From the NCBI RefSeq assembly GCF_030144855.1, contig NC_082707.1, positions 13,330,001 to 13,394,000 on the forward strand: a stretch of 64,000 nucleotides of DNA, given 5' to 3'. The DNA is from Hypanus sabinus (lineage: Eukaryota). Below, in pieces: positions 24,500-38,300 of this stretch; position 1 is the first letter of the stretch, and each line of letters begins with the position of its first letter. The notes under the pieces were generated by a model, which had not been told where the DNA came from, ran no database searches, and saw only the letters and a program-made list of their open reading frames with translations. A program made the position numbers and the translations under genes.

Positions 24500-27210
24500 G
24501 GCAGAGGCCCTATCAGCGGGGGCTGCAAGCACTGTGAAGAGGTTTCTCACACGTCGACGACGGGCATTTAAAAAGAGAGCCTCACGGGCGTTTGGCCATT
24601 TCATAGGATCTATCAGCGGGGGTTGCATCGCACTGCAAACGAAATAAAAGTACAGGAGGGGCAAGTGGACTGGCCATTGTTGAGTGTAGGCCAGGGGTGA
24701 TACATGAAGCGCTGGACTTTGGCTCAAAGGGGGCTTCGGCTCGGAGGAGGCGTTGACTCTGGGTAAGTTTCAGTTAAGGTTTTCCTTTTTGTTTTTCTTT
24801 TACTGCACCTGGTAGAATAAATGGCGGTTGTGTATTCTTAATGCCGTTTGTTGTACTCCTGGGCGTCTCAGAGTATCCCAGGGAACTACATCTGCGTGAA
24901 GTATATCCGGATGCAACTCCTTGAAGATCGTGTTAGGGAACTGGAGAAGCAGCTGGAAGACATTTCCCGAAAACGGGAGAGGGGGGATATAATTAATCGA
25001 AGTTACAGGGAGGTAGTCACCCCGAATTTACAGGAGACGAATAGCTGAGTGACGGTAAGGAGGAATTGCAATATAAATAGGCAGTTAGAGCAGAGCACAC
25101 CTGTGGGCCTTTCCCCTAAAAAATAAGTATATCACTTTGGATACTCATGGGCGGCAATAAATCTCGGGGGAATGCCGCGGCGACCGGGATGCAGGCACTG
25201 AGCATGGGTCCGTGGTGCAGAGAGGAAAGAGAGAAAGAAGAAGGGAGCGTGAGTGATAGGGGACTCAGTAGTGAGGAGAACAGAAAGGAGATTCTGTAGA
25301 CGTGAACGGGGCACCCGGATGGTATGTAGCTTCCCAGATGCCAGTGTCAGGTAAGTCTCAGATCGCGTCCACAACGGTTTGGAGAGGGGCGGAGAGCAGC
25401 CAGATGTCTTGGCAAATATTGGTACCAATGACATAGGAAGGAAAAGCAAAGAGGTCCTGAAAAGAGATTTTAGAGAACTGGGTGAAAAACTGAGAAGCAG
25501 GTACTAATTTCTTATTCCTGCCTGTGTCACGCGCCACTGAGGGTAGAAAAAAGATGACTTGGCAGATAAATGCGTGGATGAGAAGCTGGTGCAGTGCGCA
25601 GGGGTTCAGATACTCTGGTAATTGGGATATCACTTGAGGAGGTATGAACTTGGGGGGAGTGCTCTCGGAATAGTGGGACTCAGGATAGGATGGATGGTAA
25701 CAAATTACATATAGCGTGCACTCAGACTGTCAGGAGGAGCACGCAGGTGATGGCACACAGTCGCAGCCAACGGGGTGAATATCAGTACACAAGAGATGCA
25801 AAATCAAAAAGGGTAGCAAATGCGGTACTCACTTTGTTGTATCTCAATGCGCGGACAAAATAAATAATATGCATGATTTTGTTGCAGTACTACCGATTGC
25901 CAGGTATGATGTTGTGGCCATCATTGAATTCTGGCTGAAGAATAATTGAAGTTGGAAACTTCTGTTGAGGTTTCACGTTGTATCGAAGGAATAGGAAGGT
26001 AGGCAGAATGGGAGGCGTGGCTCTACTGGTAAAGAATGAGATCAAATCATTAGAAAGGTATGACATAGGATCGGAAGAGATTGAATCTTTGTGGGTTGAG
26101 TTAAGAAACTGCAAGGGTAAAATGATCCTGATGGTACTTATATGCAGGCCTCCCAACAGTGGCTGGGAGGTGGAACACAGATTACTACAGGAAATAGAAA
26201 AGGCCTGCCAAAAGGGCAATGTTATAATAGTAATGGAAGTTTTTAACATGCAGGTCAATTTGGAAAATCAGATTGTGAATGTATCTCAAGAAAGTGATTT
26301 GGCAGGAGGCTTGTGAAATGAATTTTTAAAGCAGTTTTTTGTTGAACCTAGTAGAGGATAGGCAGGTAGCGTTGAAGAAACTGGTAGGATGCAAGGGGAC
26401 ATACAGATTAGGAGAATGGGCAAGAATGTGGCAAATGAATTTAAATGTTGAAAAATACATGGCCATGCATTTTGGTAGTAGAAATAACTGCGGGAGAAAA
26501 TCCAACATTCTGAGATGCAAACGACCTTGGGAGTTGTGGTGTAGATCAGCCTAAAGATTAACTTGCATGTTGAGTCGGTGATGAGGAAGGCAAATGCAAT
26601 GTTTCCATTCATTTCAATAAGTGTAGAATACAGGTGCAGGGATGTGATGCTATGGCTTTGTAAGGCACTGGTGTATTGTGTAACATTCTGAGCTCTTCAT
26701 CTTATAGGAGACGTGCTGGCATAGGAGAAGTTCCAGAGGAGGTTCATAAGGATGATTCCAGGAACGAAAGGGATATCATACGAGGTAGGTTTGAAGGCTC
26801 TGGGTAAGTACTCGCTTGAATTTAGAAGGACGAAACCTGTCGAATGTTGAAAGGCCTCGACTGGGTAGAATTGGAAAGGATGTTTTCCATGTTGGTAGAG
26901 TCTACAACAAAAGGGCAAAGCCACAAGAGAAAGGGACGTCCATTCAATACAGAGATGCGGAGAAATTTATTCGGCCAAAGGGTGGTAGATGTGCGGAATT
27001 TGTTGCCACCTGAAGCTAATGAGACGAGCTCGTATTTAAGGCAGAGATTCATAGGTTCATCATTGAACATTGCATCAAAGTTATGGGGACAGAACTGAGG
27101 AATGGGGTTGAAGAAGAGAAATAAAAGAATCAGCCATGACTGAATGGCGGAAAAGACTCGACGAAGCAAATGGCCTTATTGTGCTCCTGTGTCTTCTGGT
27201 CTTATGGCCT
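24500..27210 (+). mobile_element. Internally deleted CR1-type LINE (5' UTR, ORF1 zinc finger/coiled coil plus esterase, endonuclease start, ORF2 3' end, 3' UTR)
   Basis: YICVKYIRMQLLEDRVRELEKQL; IGDSVVR; IGTNDIGR; GGVALLVK..ESLWVEL..RPPNS; EMRRNLFGQRVV. Confidence 0.85.
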
Positions 27211-27689
27211 CCTTGCTCGGAGTCTCACTACACATCATCTTTCTTTGTAAATCAACTATCTCATCATTACTCCGGTTTCCATCCTATAGAAAAATTAGTT
27301 TAATAGCAGCCGTACCTACCTGAATTGACCCCCCTCTGGTCAAGGTGTAACCCGCCAATTTTGGACAGTTCGTAACATCCTTAGGTTTGATTCCAGTCTG
27401 TAAATAATGCTGACATCCAATGAAAGGGAAAGCCTGCATTCTATAATTAATCACACATTAGATGGTTCCAAGAATGCTGGAAGCAACTGCAGTGTTGGTA
27501 AGCATTGTTTCACCTTGGATGGCCTTCCTTCTCCTTTCACTTACTGCTCCAAAGCATCAGTTCCAGGACATGAGATCCTGATGGCACAAGACGCAGAATC
27601 AGCACTTACCAATCAACTTCATAAGGCTTCAGAAGAAAATACGTTCAATACAAAATTGTGGAGCGCATTTGAATGATGACGGACCTGAG

Positions 27690-30045
27690 TCAATGCTTTA
27701 AGGATAGAACGTATTCAGTAAATGGACAAGCACGACGTAATGTTTGTGAAGAGAGAGGTATTGGTGCCAAAGTACACAGCTTCATAAATGTCGTCATGAG
27801 ATGACAAAGGAAATCTATGGAAGGTAGATCATAGAGTCTAAGCTTTGGAAAGTTATGGAGTAATGTTGCAAAACATTTATTAAACAACACCTGGAGTACT
27901 GGGTGCATTTCTAGTTCCCAGAAAATTGGGAACGTTGATCTTGCGCGAGAGAGTCTGCAGAACATTTAACGAGAATGTTGCCTTGGACTGAAGGTCTTTA
28001 GTAAAGGAGTGAGATTTGATAGGCTGGTCTTACTTTTCCTGGTGCGAAGATAACGGAGGGGAGATGTGCAATTAAATCAAATCTTTAGCGATGTGACATA
28101 CGATTGGAAGATGTAATATCTTTGTGGGTCGGATTAAGAAATTACAAAGGTAAGAAAATCCTGATGGAGTTTTGTAGCAGCTTGTGGTTGAACTCATGGG
28201 TGAGGAGCAATTCTGTATTGGGTGCTGTGTAATGAACCGGATATGATTCGGGAGCTTAAGGTAATGGAACACTTCAGGCGCAGTGTATCTAGAATTCACC
28301 CTGTAATTTCAGAGGGAGAAGCTAAAGTCGGATGTATCTCTACTACCTTGCATACAGAGAAATTCAGTGTCCTGCGAGGGGAGCTGGCCAGGGTTAATTG
28401 GCAGGGGCATCAGCAGGGAGGACGGCAGGGCAGCAATGGCTAGAGTTTCTGGGAGCAATATAGAAGGCGTGAGATTGCTAAATCCCAAAGAAGATATTTT
28501 CTAAAGGCAAGGTGACACAACCGACGCGTCAAGGGAAGTCATAGCCAACATAAAAGTCAAAGAGACGGCATACAATAGAGCAAACATGGATGGGAAGTTC
28601 GAGGATTGGAAAACTTTTTTATCAACAACAGAAGGGAAGTAAAATAAGACTATGGGGAGAATACCAATTATGAAAGTCAGCTAGCCGATAATACCAAATA
28701 GGTTACGAAAAGCTTTTCAGATATATAAAGAATAAAGGAGATGCAGAAGTAGTTATTATATCACTGGAAAAAATGACACTAGAGATATAGTAACCGGAGA
28801 GAACGAAATGGCGGACGAACTCAATAAGTATGTTGCCTTGGTCTTCACTATGGAAAGCGCTGGTAGTATCCTGGAAGTTCAACAATGTGATGGCGCTGCA
28901 GTGAATGCACTTTCTATTACTAGGGTGATGGTGCTAGGAAATAGGAAAGTCTGAAGATAGATAAGTCACCTGGACCTGATGGACTACGACACAGGTTTCT
29001 AAAGTATGTAGTGGATGAAAGTGTAGAATATTAGTAATGGTTTTTTAAAAAATCATCGATTCCAGCATGGTTCCAAATTACCGGAAAATTGTAAGTACAC
29101 TCTTCAGAGGCAGAAGAAAGAAAATTATAAGTAGGCAGCCTGGTCTCAGTGCTAGGGATGATGCTGGAATCGATTGTCAAGGATGTAGTTTCAGGGTACA
29201 TGGAGGCACATGACAAATTAATTCAAAAATGGCATGGTTTCCTGACGTGATTATTTTGTCTGATACATCAGTTGGAATTATTTGAAAAAATAACAAGCTG
29301 GGTACACCTCTGCCTTCAATTATGATGGCAGAATATACTATTAATGGTCGGACTGTTGGCAGTGTGGAGGATCAGAGGGATCATGGGGTCCTGGTCCATA
29401 TGACGCTCAAAGCAGCTGCACAGGTTGACTCTGTGGTTAATCGTGGAATTGAATTTAGGAGCCGAGAGGTAATGTTGCAGATATATAGGAACCTGGTGAG
29501 ACCCCACTTCGTGTACTGTGCTTTGTTCTGGTCGCTTCACTTCAGGAAAGATGTGGAAGCCATAGAAATGGTGCAGAGGAGAATTACAAGGATGTTGCGT
29601 GGATTGGGGAGCATGCCTTATGAAAACAGGTTGAGTGAACTTGGCCGCTTCTCCTTGGAGGGACGGACGATGAGAGGTGACCTAATACCTAATAGAGGTA
29701 TATAAGATGATGAAAGGCATTGATCGTGTGGATAGCCAGAGGCTTTTCCCCCGGGCTGAAATGGTTGCCACAAGAGGACACAGGTTTAAGGTGCTGGGGA
29801 GGAGGTACAGAGGAGATGTCAGGGGTAAGTTTTTTTACTCAGAGAGTGGTGAGTGCGTGGAATGGACTGCAGGCAACGGTGGTGAATGCGAATACGATAG
29901 AGTCTTCTTTCGGATGTGTACATGGAGCTTAGAAAAATTTAGAGTTATGGGTAAACCTAGTAAATTCTAAGGTAGGGACATGTTCGGCACAACTTTGTGG
30001 GCCGAAAGGCCTGTATTGTGCTGTACGTATTCTTTGTTTCTGTGT
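27690..30045 (+). mobile_element. Adjacent CR1-type LINE fragments, including a relatively young 3' end (about 29310-30045)
   Basis: DKSPGPDG at about 28960; LVRPHFVYCALFWS...VQRRITRML..GDLI; FFTQRVVSAWNGL; tail ttctttgtttct. Confidence 0.8.
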
Positions 30046-30058
30046 ATCTAGACAAAGG

Positions 30059-30997
30059 TGTTTCGGTGGAAGTATTTTATTAGTAAAAATACACAAAAAT
30101 AATAGCAATGCAAATATACAGATAATATACGTAATCAGTACTAAACCTAAAAGTGTGCATATAATAATAATCAATAAGAAATAAGCTCTATCGTTGTCTA
30201 CGGGATAATGAATTGTCAGATGGAAATATAAAGTTAAGTTCAGTTCATGCAGGCTGCGGTAGTTGTTGGCCGCAGTGTTTCAATTGTTGGAGAGAGAGAG
30301 AACAGTTAAAGCTATTCACTTGTCAACTTTCCTTTACGATTTTATTCCGTCGATGCGTTGTTGCTGTGGCCATTCACGTATGACCCCTCCGTCCTTTAGA
30401 TAGACCGTTCTTCCGTGGTGGACTCGTCTCCCAGACAAGGGTGGACACACACACAAGCCCACAACGGTCTTGCTACAAAAGCCCTGTGAGTTAAAATTTA
30501 CCGACCCTCCGTTCGGTTTCAGGTCTCCCACCCTGTCTCGTTGGGGCTCTGATGTTCACTAGCGTTTCTCCTGGTGCGTCTGAGGGGTGTTACCCAGACC
30601 TCACTTTTATCCCCACTCACGGGGTCTCAGGTGTCAATCAGGTTGAGATGATGTAACCTATCAAATCAGCCCATTCTGTTTACCCCCTGAGGGGCTTAAA
30701 TGAATATAACAGTACCAAGTACACAAACCTTCTCCAAAAGACAATAGCAGTAATCAATGGTTTCGCTCTCTTTTGTTGGTAGGAGACATTCCACTTTGTG
30801 TATCTCTGAGTTGTCTCTCTCTCATTAATTTTCATGAGCTTTTATCAATAACTGCCCTGGCAGAGTCCCTTTTGTCTCTCTGACTTCCTTGATAACAGCA
30901 TCAAAATAGTAGCGATTTGCGATTCTCCAAAAGGGGGGGGGCGGCATTGGCGATTCTGTACCCTTCTGCCCTTCAGCGTTGTTCATTATTCGTAACA
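30059..30997. mobile_element. Possible solo LTR
   Basis: TGTTTCG...CGTAACA near-inverted termini between LINE fragments; no TSD seen. Confidence 0.4.
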
Positions 30998-33380
30998 ATA
31001 TGGAATATTGCCTTTCATCAAACGTGGGGTTCAGTTTAAAGCTGAGAAGTAATGTTACAGTTATATATGAACTTGGTCCGTCACCACCACCTCCCCCCTA
31101 CGCTCTCCGGAGTACGGTGCTCAGTTCTGGTCACTTCATAACAAGAAGGATGTGGATACTACAGAAAGGGTGCGGAGGAGATTTACAAGGATGTTGCCTG
31201 GATTGGGGAGCGTGCCCAATGAGAAGCGGTTGCATGCACTTGGCCTTTTCCCCTTGGTGTGACGGAGGCTGAAGGGTGACCTGAGAGAGGTGTATCAGAT
31301 GATGTCTCAGGACTAAGATATTTTTAAGGTGCGTGAAAGCAGATACAGAGGAGATGTCAAGGGGTATCTTTTTTTTACGTAGAGAGTAGTAAGAGGGTGG
31401 AATGGGCTGCCGGCGATGGTGGAGGAGAATACCATAGGGTCTTTTAAGAGATTCCTGTATAGGTACATGGAGCATAGAAAAATAGAGGGCAACGGGTAGC
31501 ACTAGGTAATTTCTAAAAGTACATGTTCCACACAGCGTTGTGGACCGAAGGGCCTGCATTGAGCTGCACTTTTTTTTATGTTTCTATACTTCTCACCCTT
31601 ATCTGGGTTGAACGCCATCTGCCGCTTCTCAGTCCAGTTTTGCATCCTATCTACGTGACGCTGCAAACTCTGACAGACCTCCAAACCATCCACAAAACAC
31701 CCAAACTTTGTGTCATCAGCAAATTGCTAAGACAACCCTCCACTTCCTCATCCAGGTCATTTATAAAATTCAAAAAGCGAAGGGGTCCCAGAAGAGATCC
31801 CTGGTCAAGGACATTCATGCAGAATATGGCATATCTAAAACCACTCTTTGCCTTCGGTGGCAAGCCAATTCTGGATCCACAAAGCAAGATCCCCTTGGAT
31901 CCCATGCCGCCTTACTTTGTCAACAAGCCTTGCCTGCGGTACCTTATCAAATGCCTTGCTGAAATCCATATACACTACGACTACTGCTCTAGCTTCATCA
32001 ACGTGTTTAGTCACATCCTCAAAAAATCAATCTGGCTCGTAAGGCATGACCTGTATTTGACAAAGCCATGCGGACTATTCCTAATCATATTATGCCTATC
32101 CAAACCTTTAAAAAATCCTGCTTCTTAGGATCTTTTTTTATCAACTTACGAACCACTTACGACTCACTGGTCTATAATTTTCTGGGCTATCTCTACTCAC
32201 TTTCTTGAATAATAAATTCCTTTTCTTAAATAAACTTCCTTACTTGAGTAAACTCCCTTCCTAAATCACTCCCAAGTGCACATTCCACTGCTCATGAAGG
32301 CAAGCGTGCCAAATGTCTTCTTCAGCACCAATCATAGGGAATGAAGGGATTTTCAAGTTTTTGTGCAACATTCCTTAAAGATTAAATTGCAGGTGGAGTG
32401 CAAATATGATGTTGGCATTCGTGTAAAAAGGACTAGAATATAGAAACATAGAAAACCTACAGCACACTACAACCCCTTCGGCCCACAAAGCTGTGCCAAA
32501 CATGTGCCTACCTTCGAAATAACCAAGCTTACCTATAACCCTCTTATTTTACGATGCTCCATGTACCTATCTAAAAGTCTCTTAGAAGACCCTATCGTAT
32601 CCCGCTGCACCACCGTAGCCGGCAGCCCATTCCACGCATTCGCCACTCTCTGAGTAAAACACTTACCCCTGACATCTACTCTGTACCTACGCCCCTGCAC
32701 AATAAACATGTGTCCTCTTGTGACAGCCCTGAAAAAAAGCCTGTGAGTACCCACACGATCAATATCTCTCATCATCTTTTACACCTCTATCAGGTCACCT
32801 CTCATCCTCCGTCGCTCCGTTCACTCAACTTATTCTCATAAGGCATGCTCCCCAATACAGGCAACACCCTTGTAATGTTCCTCTGCACCCTTTCTATGGC
32901 TTCTACATCCTTCCTATAGTGAGGTGACCAGAACTGAGCACAGTATTCCAAGTGGGATTGACCAGGGTCCTATAAGATGAAATGTAATGTTGTCTTTAAT
33001 AAAGACTGGTGAGGTTTCAGGTGGAGAATCGTAATCAGTGCTTGGCCCCTTATCTTAGAAGAGATGTACTGAGATTTGGGAAATTTCAAAGGATATTCAC
33101 TAAAATGACTCCAGGATTGAACGGCTTGTCATATGAAAAGTGTTTAACGGCTCTGGACCTGTATTCTCTCGATTCAGATGTTTCCGATGGTGGCAGAGAC
33201 TAGGACCAGAGGATGTTGACAAATGGCCGTCTTCTCCCGCTGTTCGTTATGGTGTTATGGTCTTATGGTTCTGGGGAGAAGGCACGAGAATGGCTTTAAG
33301 ATGAGTTGAAGGAATGGCGGGAAATATTCGATAGGTGGAATGGCTTAATTCTGTCCCTACATCTTATGGACCTATGGCCT
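30998..33380. mobile_element. Nested CR1-type fragments (+ 3' end about 31000-31590; - RT about 31590-32200; - 3' end about 32440-32975 inside a + copy)
   Basis: QGSLLGPLRFLNFINDL; FTQRVANAWNGLP; repeated atagaaacatag tails. Confidence 0.75.
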
Positions 33381-33534
33381 GTTTCTGTGCCAAAGAACTG
33401 GTTGACTCAGTGACACTGACTCTCACAACACCAGGTACATACAATGCTGAGCCGAAGATATTTATGCTTTTTTTTCTATCATATGCGTTGTGCACAAAGC
33501 AAAGTATTGAAATTTTACATTTATTGCCAGTACT

Positions 33535-33540
33535 TTTATT
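33535..33540 (-). promoter_or_regulatory. Putative polyadenylation signal of gene B
   Basis: AATAAA in the context GCAATCAATAAAAG, resembling the A/C block. Confidence 0.45.
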
Positions 33541-33649
33541 GATTGCAGACCGTTCAATAAATCCATACATTAACTCAACGCTTCTAATCCTAAAATATCA
33601 GAAGATTCATATTGAAACATTTATTTCATTCCAACAAGTGGATAGATTG

Positions 33650-34385
33650 TAAGTTCGGTGTCCACGACTGCAGCGGGATGTTATTGCATTATTTCAATAT
33701 AAGTAAATTTGAGAAAGTAACACCAGTTTAGGACTTAAACGTGGAATCGCAGAGCAATGGAGCGCGATATCAAACAGAGGATCTTAGAAGTACAAATATG
33801 TAGTTGGTTGACAGCAGCAGTATCAACAGTCAGGATGGTGATAAAAGTTGTTTGTTACGTTGTCTTCCTTCAGATGGACCGCCGCGTATAGGGGTAGAGA
33901 CATTATGTTGCACTTGTATGTCATTCGTGACGCCATATTTCCAGCAATGTCTCCAGTTTTATTCAGTCTATAACAGCAAAGCTGTGGTTAAACTGAAAAC
34001 AAAGAATGCAGGCATGTGCCAGCAAGTAGAGGCCCGAGTTTACGGAGCTCGACCTTACAGAATTTCTTAAAGTATGAGAGGCACGGACAATAATTCTACC
34101 CAATGTCAAGATAGCCCAATATTAGTGGATATAGATTGCGGGTGAGACGGGAATGATTCAAAGGAATCTGAGAGGCAACTTCTTCACAGAGAGTGTGGGG
34201 AGTATATCTAACAAGATGACAGAAGACGTGAATAAGCATGTGCAATAGTATAATTCAAAACACTTGCAGAGGTACATGGAATGGCGCAGTATCTGGGGAT
34301 TTGGTCCGAACGCAGGCATTTGTGGTTAGCTGTATCGATTGCCATGGCCAAAGGGTCTGAATCGGCGCCGAATTGCTCTTTGAAT
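33650..34385 (+). mobile_element. CR1-type 3' fragment, antisense within the inferred 3' UTR of gene B
   Basis: ggcaacttcttcacagagagtgtgggg (GNFFT.RV) and CR1-like 3' UTR. Confidence 0.6.
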
Positions 34386-34432
34386 GAGAGAATCTGTGGT
34401 GCAAAAGGCCAGTACATATGGATCCGCATCAT

Positions 34433-35346
34433 TTAAAATTTCCTGTCATCCACTTTACCCATAATGTGCTTCTTGGTGTTTCTCTCCGGAGTGACTGCAA
34501 TAATAAAACACTTCGGTGCAAAAATGCAGAGCAGCAATCCAAAACTGGAGGCCAAGATTGCAAACACTTCAACCGCAACCGTGTATTTCCCAGGAGAGCT
34601 CACAGAGGCCGGAATAAAAGTGACCCAAACCGCACAAAAGATGAGCATGCTGAATGTTATACATTTTGCCTCGTTAAAGTTATCCGGCAGCGTCCGTGCG
34701 AGAAAGGCCAGAACAAAACAGATACACGATAACAGGGCGATATAACCCGACGCCGAGTAGAAAGCTGCAGAAGAGCCTGTATCACATTCTAAAATTACCC
34801 TCTCCCGGTAATATTTAGTGTTGATCACGGGGAAAGGCGGTTCAACGATGAGCCAAAGCACACATATTAAAACCTGCACGGACACCAGGAGGAAGACACT
34901 TAACCTCTGCTGTCTTTGACCAAACCATTTCATCCTGTTACTGCTGGGATGCGTTGCCTTAAATGCCGTCAGCACCAGAATGGTTTTGACCAGAACACAA
35001 GAGATACACATGACAAACGAGACACCAAACGCCGTGCGGCGTAAAATACAGGACCAGTGTGACGGTTCGCCAATGAATGTGATCGAGCATAAAAAACAGC
35101 AACTTAGCGCAAATAGAAGGAGGAAGCTCAGCTCAGAGTTGTTAGCTTTAACCAGAGGTGTGTCTCGATGTTTAAAGAATAGACACGCTGTCAGTCCAGA
35201 CATGCACACGCCAACCAGAGCGAGTAACACCAACACCATGCCCAGGATTTCGGTAAAACCCAGATACTCTATTTTCTTCGGGATGCATTGATCTTTCCGA
35301 TCGTTGGACCAGTACAGGGGAGGGCACTTCATGCAGTCTGCCGAGT
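34433..35346 (-). CDS. Gene B exon 6 (7TM)
   Basis: cacag|ACTCGG: DSADCMKCP...[12 protein letters not shown]...PDNFNEAK...KVDDRKF*. Confidence 0.95.
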
Positions 35347-38300
35347 CTGTGAAAACCAAACGCGACCATTCCATCATTGAGGGGACGCTTCGGGAATCAC
35401 TTTGGTTAAACGTTAGATTCCAACATGTATATCTGCTTACCTGTAGTGTTAGTAATTTCTCCATCTGCACAGGACTTGCAGTCAAAACAGCAAATTGGTT
35501 GTCCTTTCCTTGCTATCTTTCTTGTACCAGGAGAACAACTTTCGGAACAGACTGCCCGGGGAATCTTGAAGGAAGACACCGACAATATCTTGTTATATGC
35601 ATGTGGAATGTACACACTGCCGTCCCAATGTGTGGAGTTTGTCTGTGACTCTGTTACTTTTACAGATATACTGTATTTGGAACTTACCCTGATTACCAGT
35701 TCCCACAAACACTGCATCTAATGTTCCTTTCAGAGTTGCTGTTGGATACATGTCGAAGGTCGTTTCAAAGACGATTAGCTGATTGTATTCTGCTCTTCCA
35801 CATTCAATACAGAGGAAGAGCATAATTAGATATTTTCCGCATTACCTTATCTGTGCCTTTCTGTTGTTAATCATTCAACCTTTGGAAAGTTTAGTGCATA
35901 TTCCCTTTTACTTACACACTTCAGAATTCTACACAGCTGTAACAAATGTTTGTGCTATTGTGTACGATATTGTTCCTGCGGTTACAAAGTTGAAATAACA
36001 AGCCAGTCATGTGAAATAAACGCTACTATCATAATGCATGGTGAATTTAACTTTTGGGTAAAAAGGTAAAACCGCCATGAACAATTGTGACCAAAACGTA
36101 AAGCTGCCCATTCAGTCTTTTCACACATTTCGAAAGGTTGATACGCAAGTCCATTGCTGCCGACATGTCTTCCCATGGAATCGTTATTCACACCATTCTA
36201 TTCTCGGGCAATTAGGGATGAACTATAAATGTTGCAACTTTCACAGCTATCCACATCAAAATACGGCTTATTTAACTTTCACTTCTCTTTCTCTTTTTTT
36301 AATTTCAAGAGCAGCGAGGTAATTTTGCATTTCTGTAAAATTCTGATTAAATCGTCTTTGCAGCATTGTGTTCATGTCTGGTTTCCTAATTATGGATATC
36401 GTGGAAGTTTCAAAGCAGGTATGAAACGAGATTTACTTGACGCTGTCTAGATCAGAAAACATGCCTGACGAGGAACAGTTGACTACACTAAAGCTTTACA
36501 CTTTGGAGAAGAATGAGAGGCGACTTAATAGGCCTATCTCAGATTATAAGAGGCATTGACAGAATGAACATCCAACGCCTAATCTGAGGGAAGCAATATC
36601 CTTTACAACAGACCATTCGTTTGAGATAAATGGAGGACAGTTTACTGGAGAGGTAATCAGAAATAGTGTTTTCACACAGAGACTGGTAAATGACTGGAAA
36701 GCACTGCCGTGATTTATGACAACTACTGATACATTGGGGAAAATTAAGCGAATCTTTGATAGGCACATTTGTGAAATAAAACTGGTAAGTTATAGGCTGT
36801 TTTGAAGTCAAGACGTAGATTGATTATGGTAAACGCTAAGATTTCCGCACAACGTCGTGAGAAGAAAGACTCTTGCAGTGCTTTATTGCTCTGTGTTCAG
36901 TGTTGTAAAAATAAGAAATGCCATCTGCCCATTGTTAAGAATTCCAGTACCTCAAACCTCCATGTTACATTTCTTCCATACGTTATTAGCAGTGCACACG
37001 GAGTATTGACTGGTGTGGTGGGTGAAGAGGTGTTAGTGCATCCGCTTTAATACAATGCACGAAAGCCGATACAGTACTACTGAGTCGCAGGCAGTGTGGT
37101 GCTGGGCATGGCCTTACATTTCCCACATCAACTGCAAACCCGGTGGAAATTTTCCAGACTTTTCCATGTTAATTGAATTTTATATCAACACTTTAACTGT
37201 TCAGGGTTGCTTCCGTATTCATAAAATAACTAGACAAATATAAACCTGTGCAAATTTGAGCAGAGACTTTAAAAGTAAGAGGAACTAGGTATAGCAAATT
37301 TTGACAGCATTTTGTCTATGTACTGCATCCTAATCTTCCCTGTCAGGGTTTCCGCTATCTCCCTGTGTTTGAATGATTAATTCATTCGATGTCATCATAA
37401 AGTTTGGAAATACCGTGACTGCCCACAACCAGACGTTCTCAGATCGCCAACTGTACGGCAACACGGACGTGATGGCCAGAATAACATGTGCATGGGAAAG
37501 CCTTGATTTCTTTAGGAAAGCTTAGTTTTGATATTATGACGTCTATCTTGTGACTAGATATTTTCTGCAAGCTTCTTATAAAGCTTATGTTTGCTTTAAA
37601 ATATTACTAAATCTGGTTAATGTCATTATGGTTTCTCTACTCCGGAACTTAGTCTCGAGAATTAATCCACTAAATCAACGTGATGACTCGGTTTCTTTGG
37701 ACTCCGGGTCCCTTCCTTATGTTTAATACATATTAATGCATTTAAATGCATGCAAGTATGCATGTATCCATGTATGCGTATATGTTTGTATGTATTTGTT
37801 TTACAGGCGCTGTTGGTTATAATACCTTAGTACTATAACATGGATAATTACGATTTAGCTGTTGTCAAATTTGGCCACTTTCAATAGACAACCATACCTG
37901 ACGCTTACCACCGCTCCAGACAATCTGATGTAGATTCAGCATAAGTTCTTTACCCGGACGACCTGATCCGTTGTAATATCCAACTGTTTGAACTTCAAGG
38001 CTACCGTTTGCATTAATTTTCCAGTTTACAATGTCATAAGCGGCTGTTGGATTGCCTTTCTCATCAAAATGCACCTTCTCTCCAACTTTTGTTGTGAAGT
38101 AAATTGACTTCATGTAATGGAGGAGCTAAAAATAGAATTCAAAAGATTGCGTTATGGTCCCTGCATATAAGAAGAGATTTTGTCTTCAAGATTTTATTGC
38201 TATATTTGCCTATGACGTTTCCCTCAATGTAACTATCCAAATGTCTCTCATTTACACCTAGCTGGACCACTTCTTCTGGCAGCATATTCCAGATATCGCT

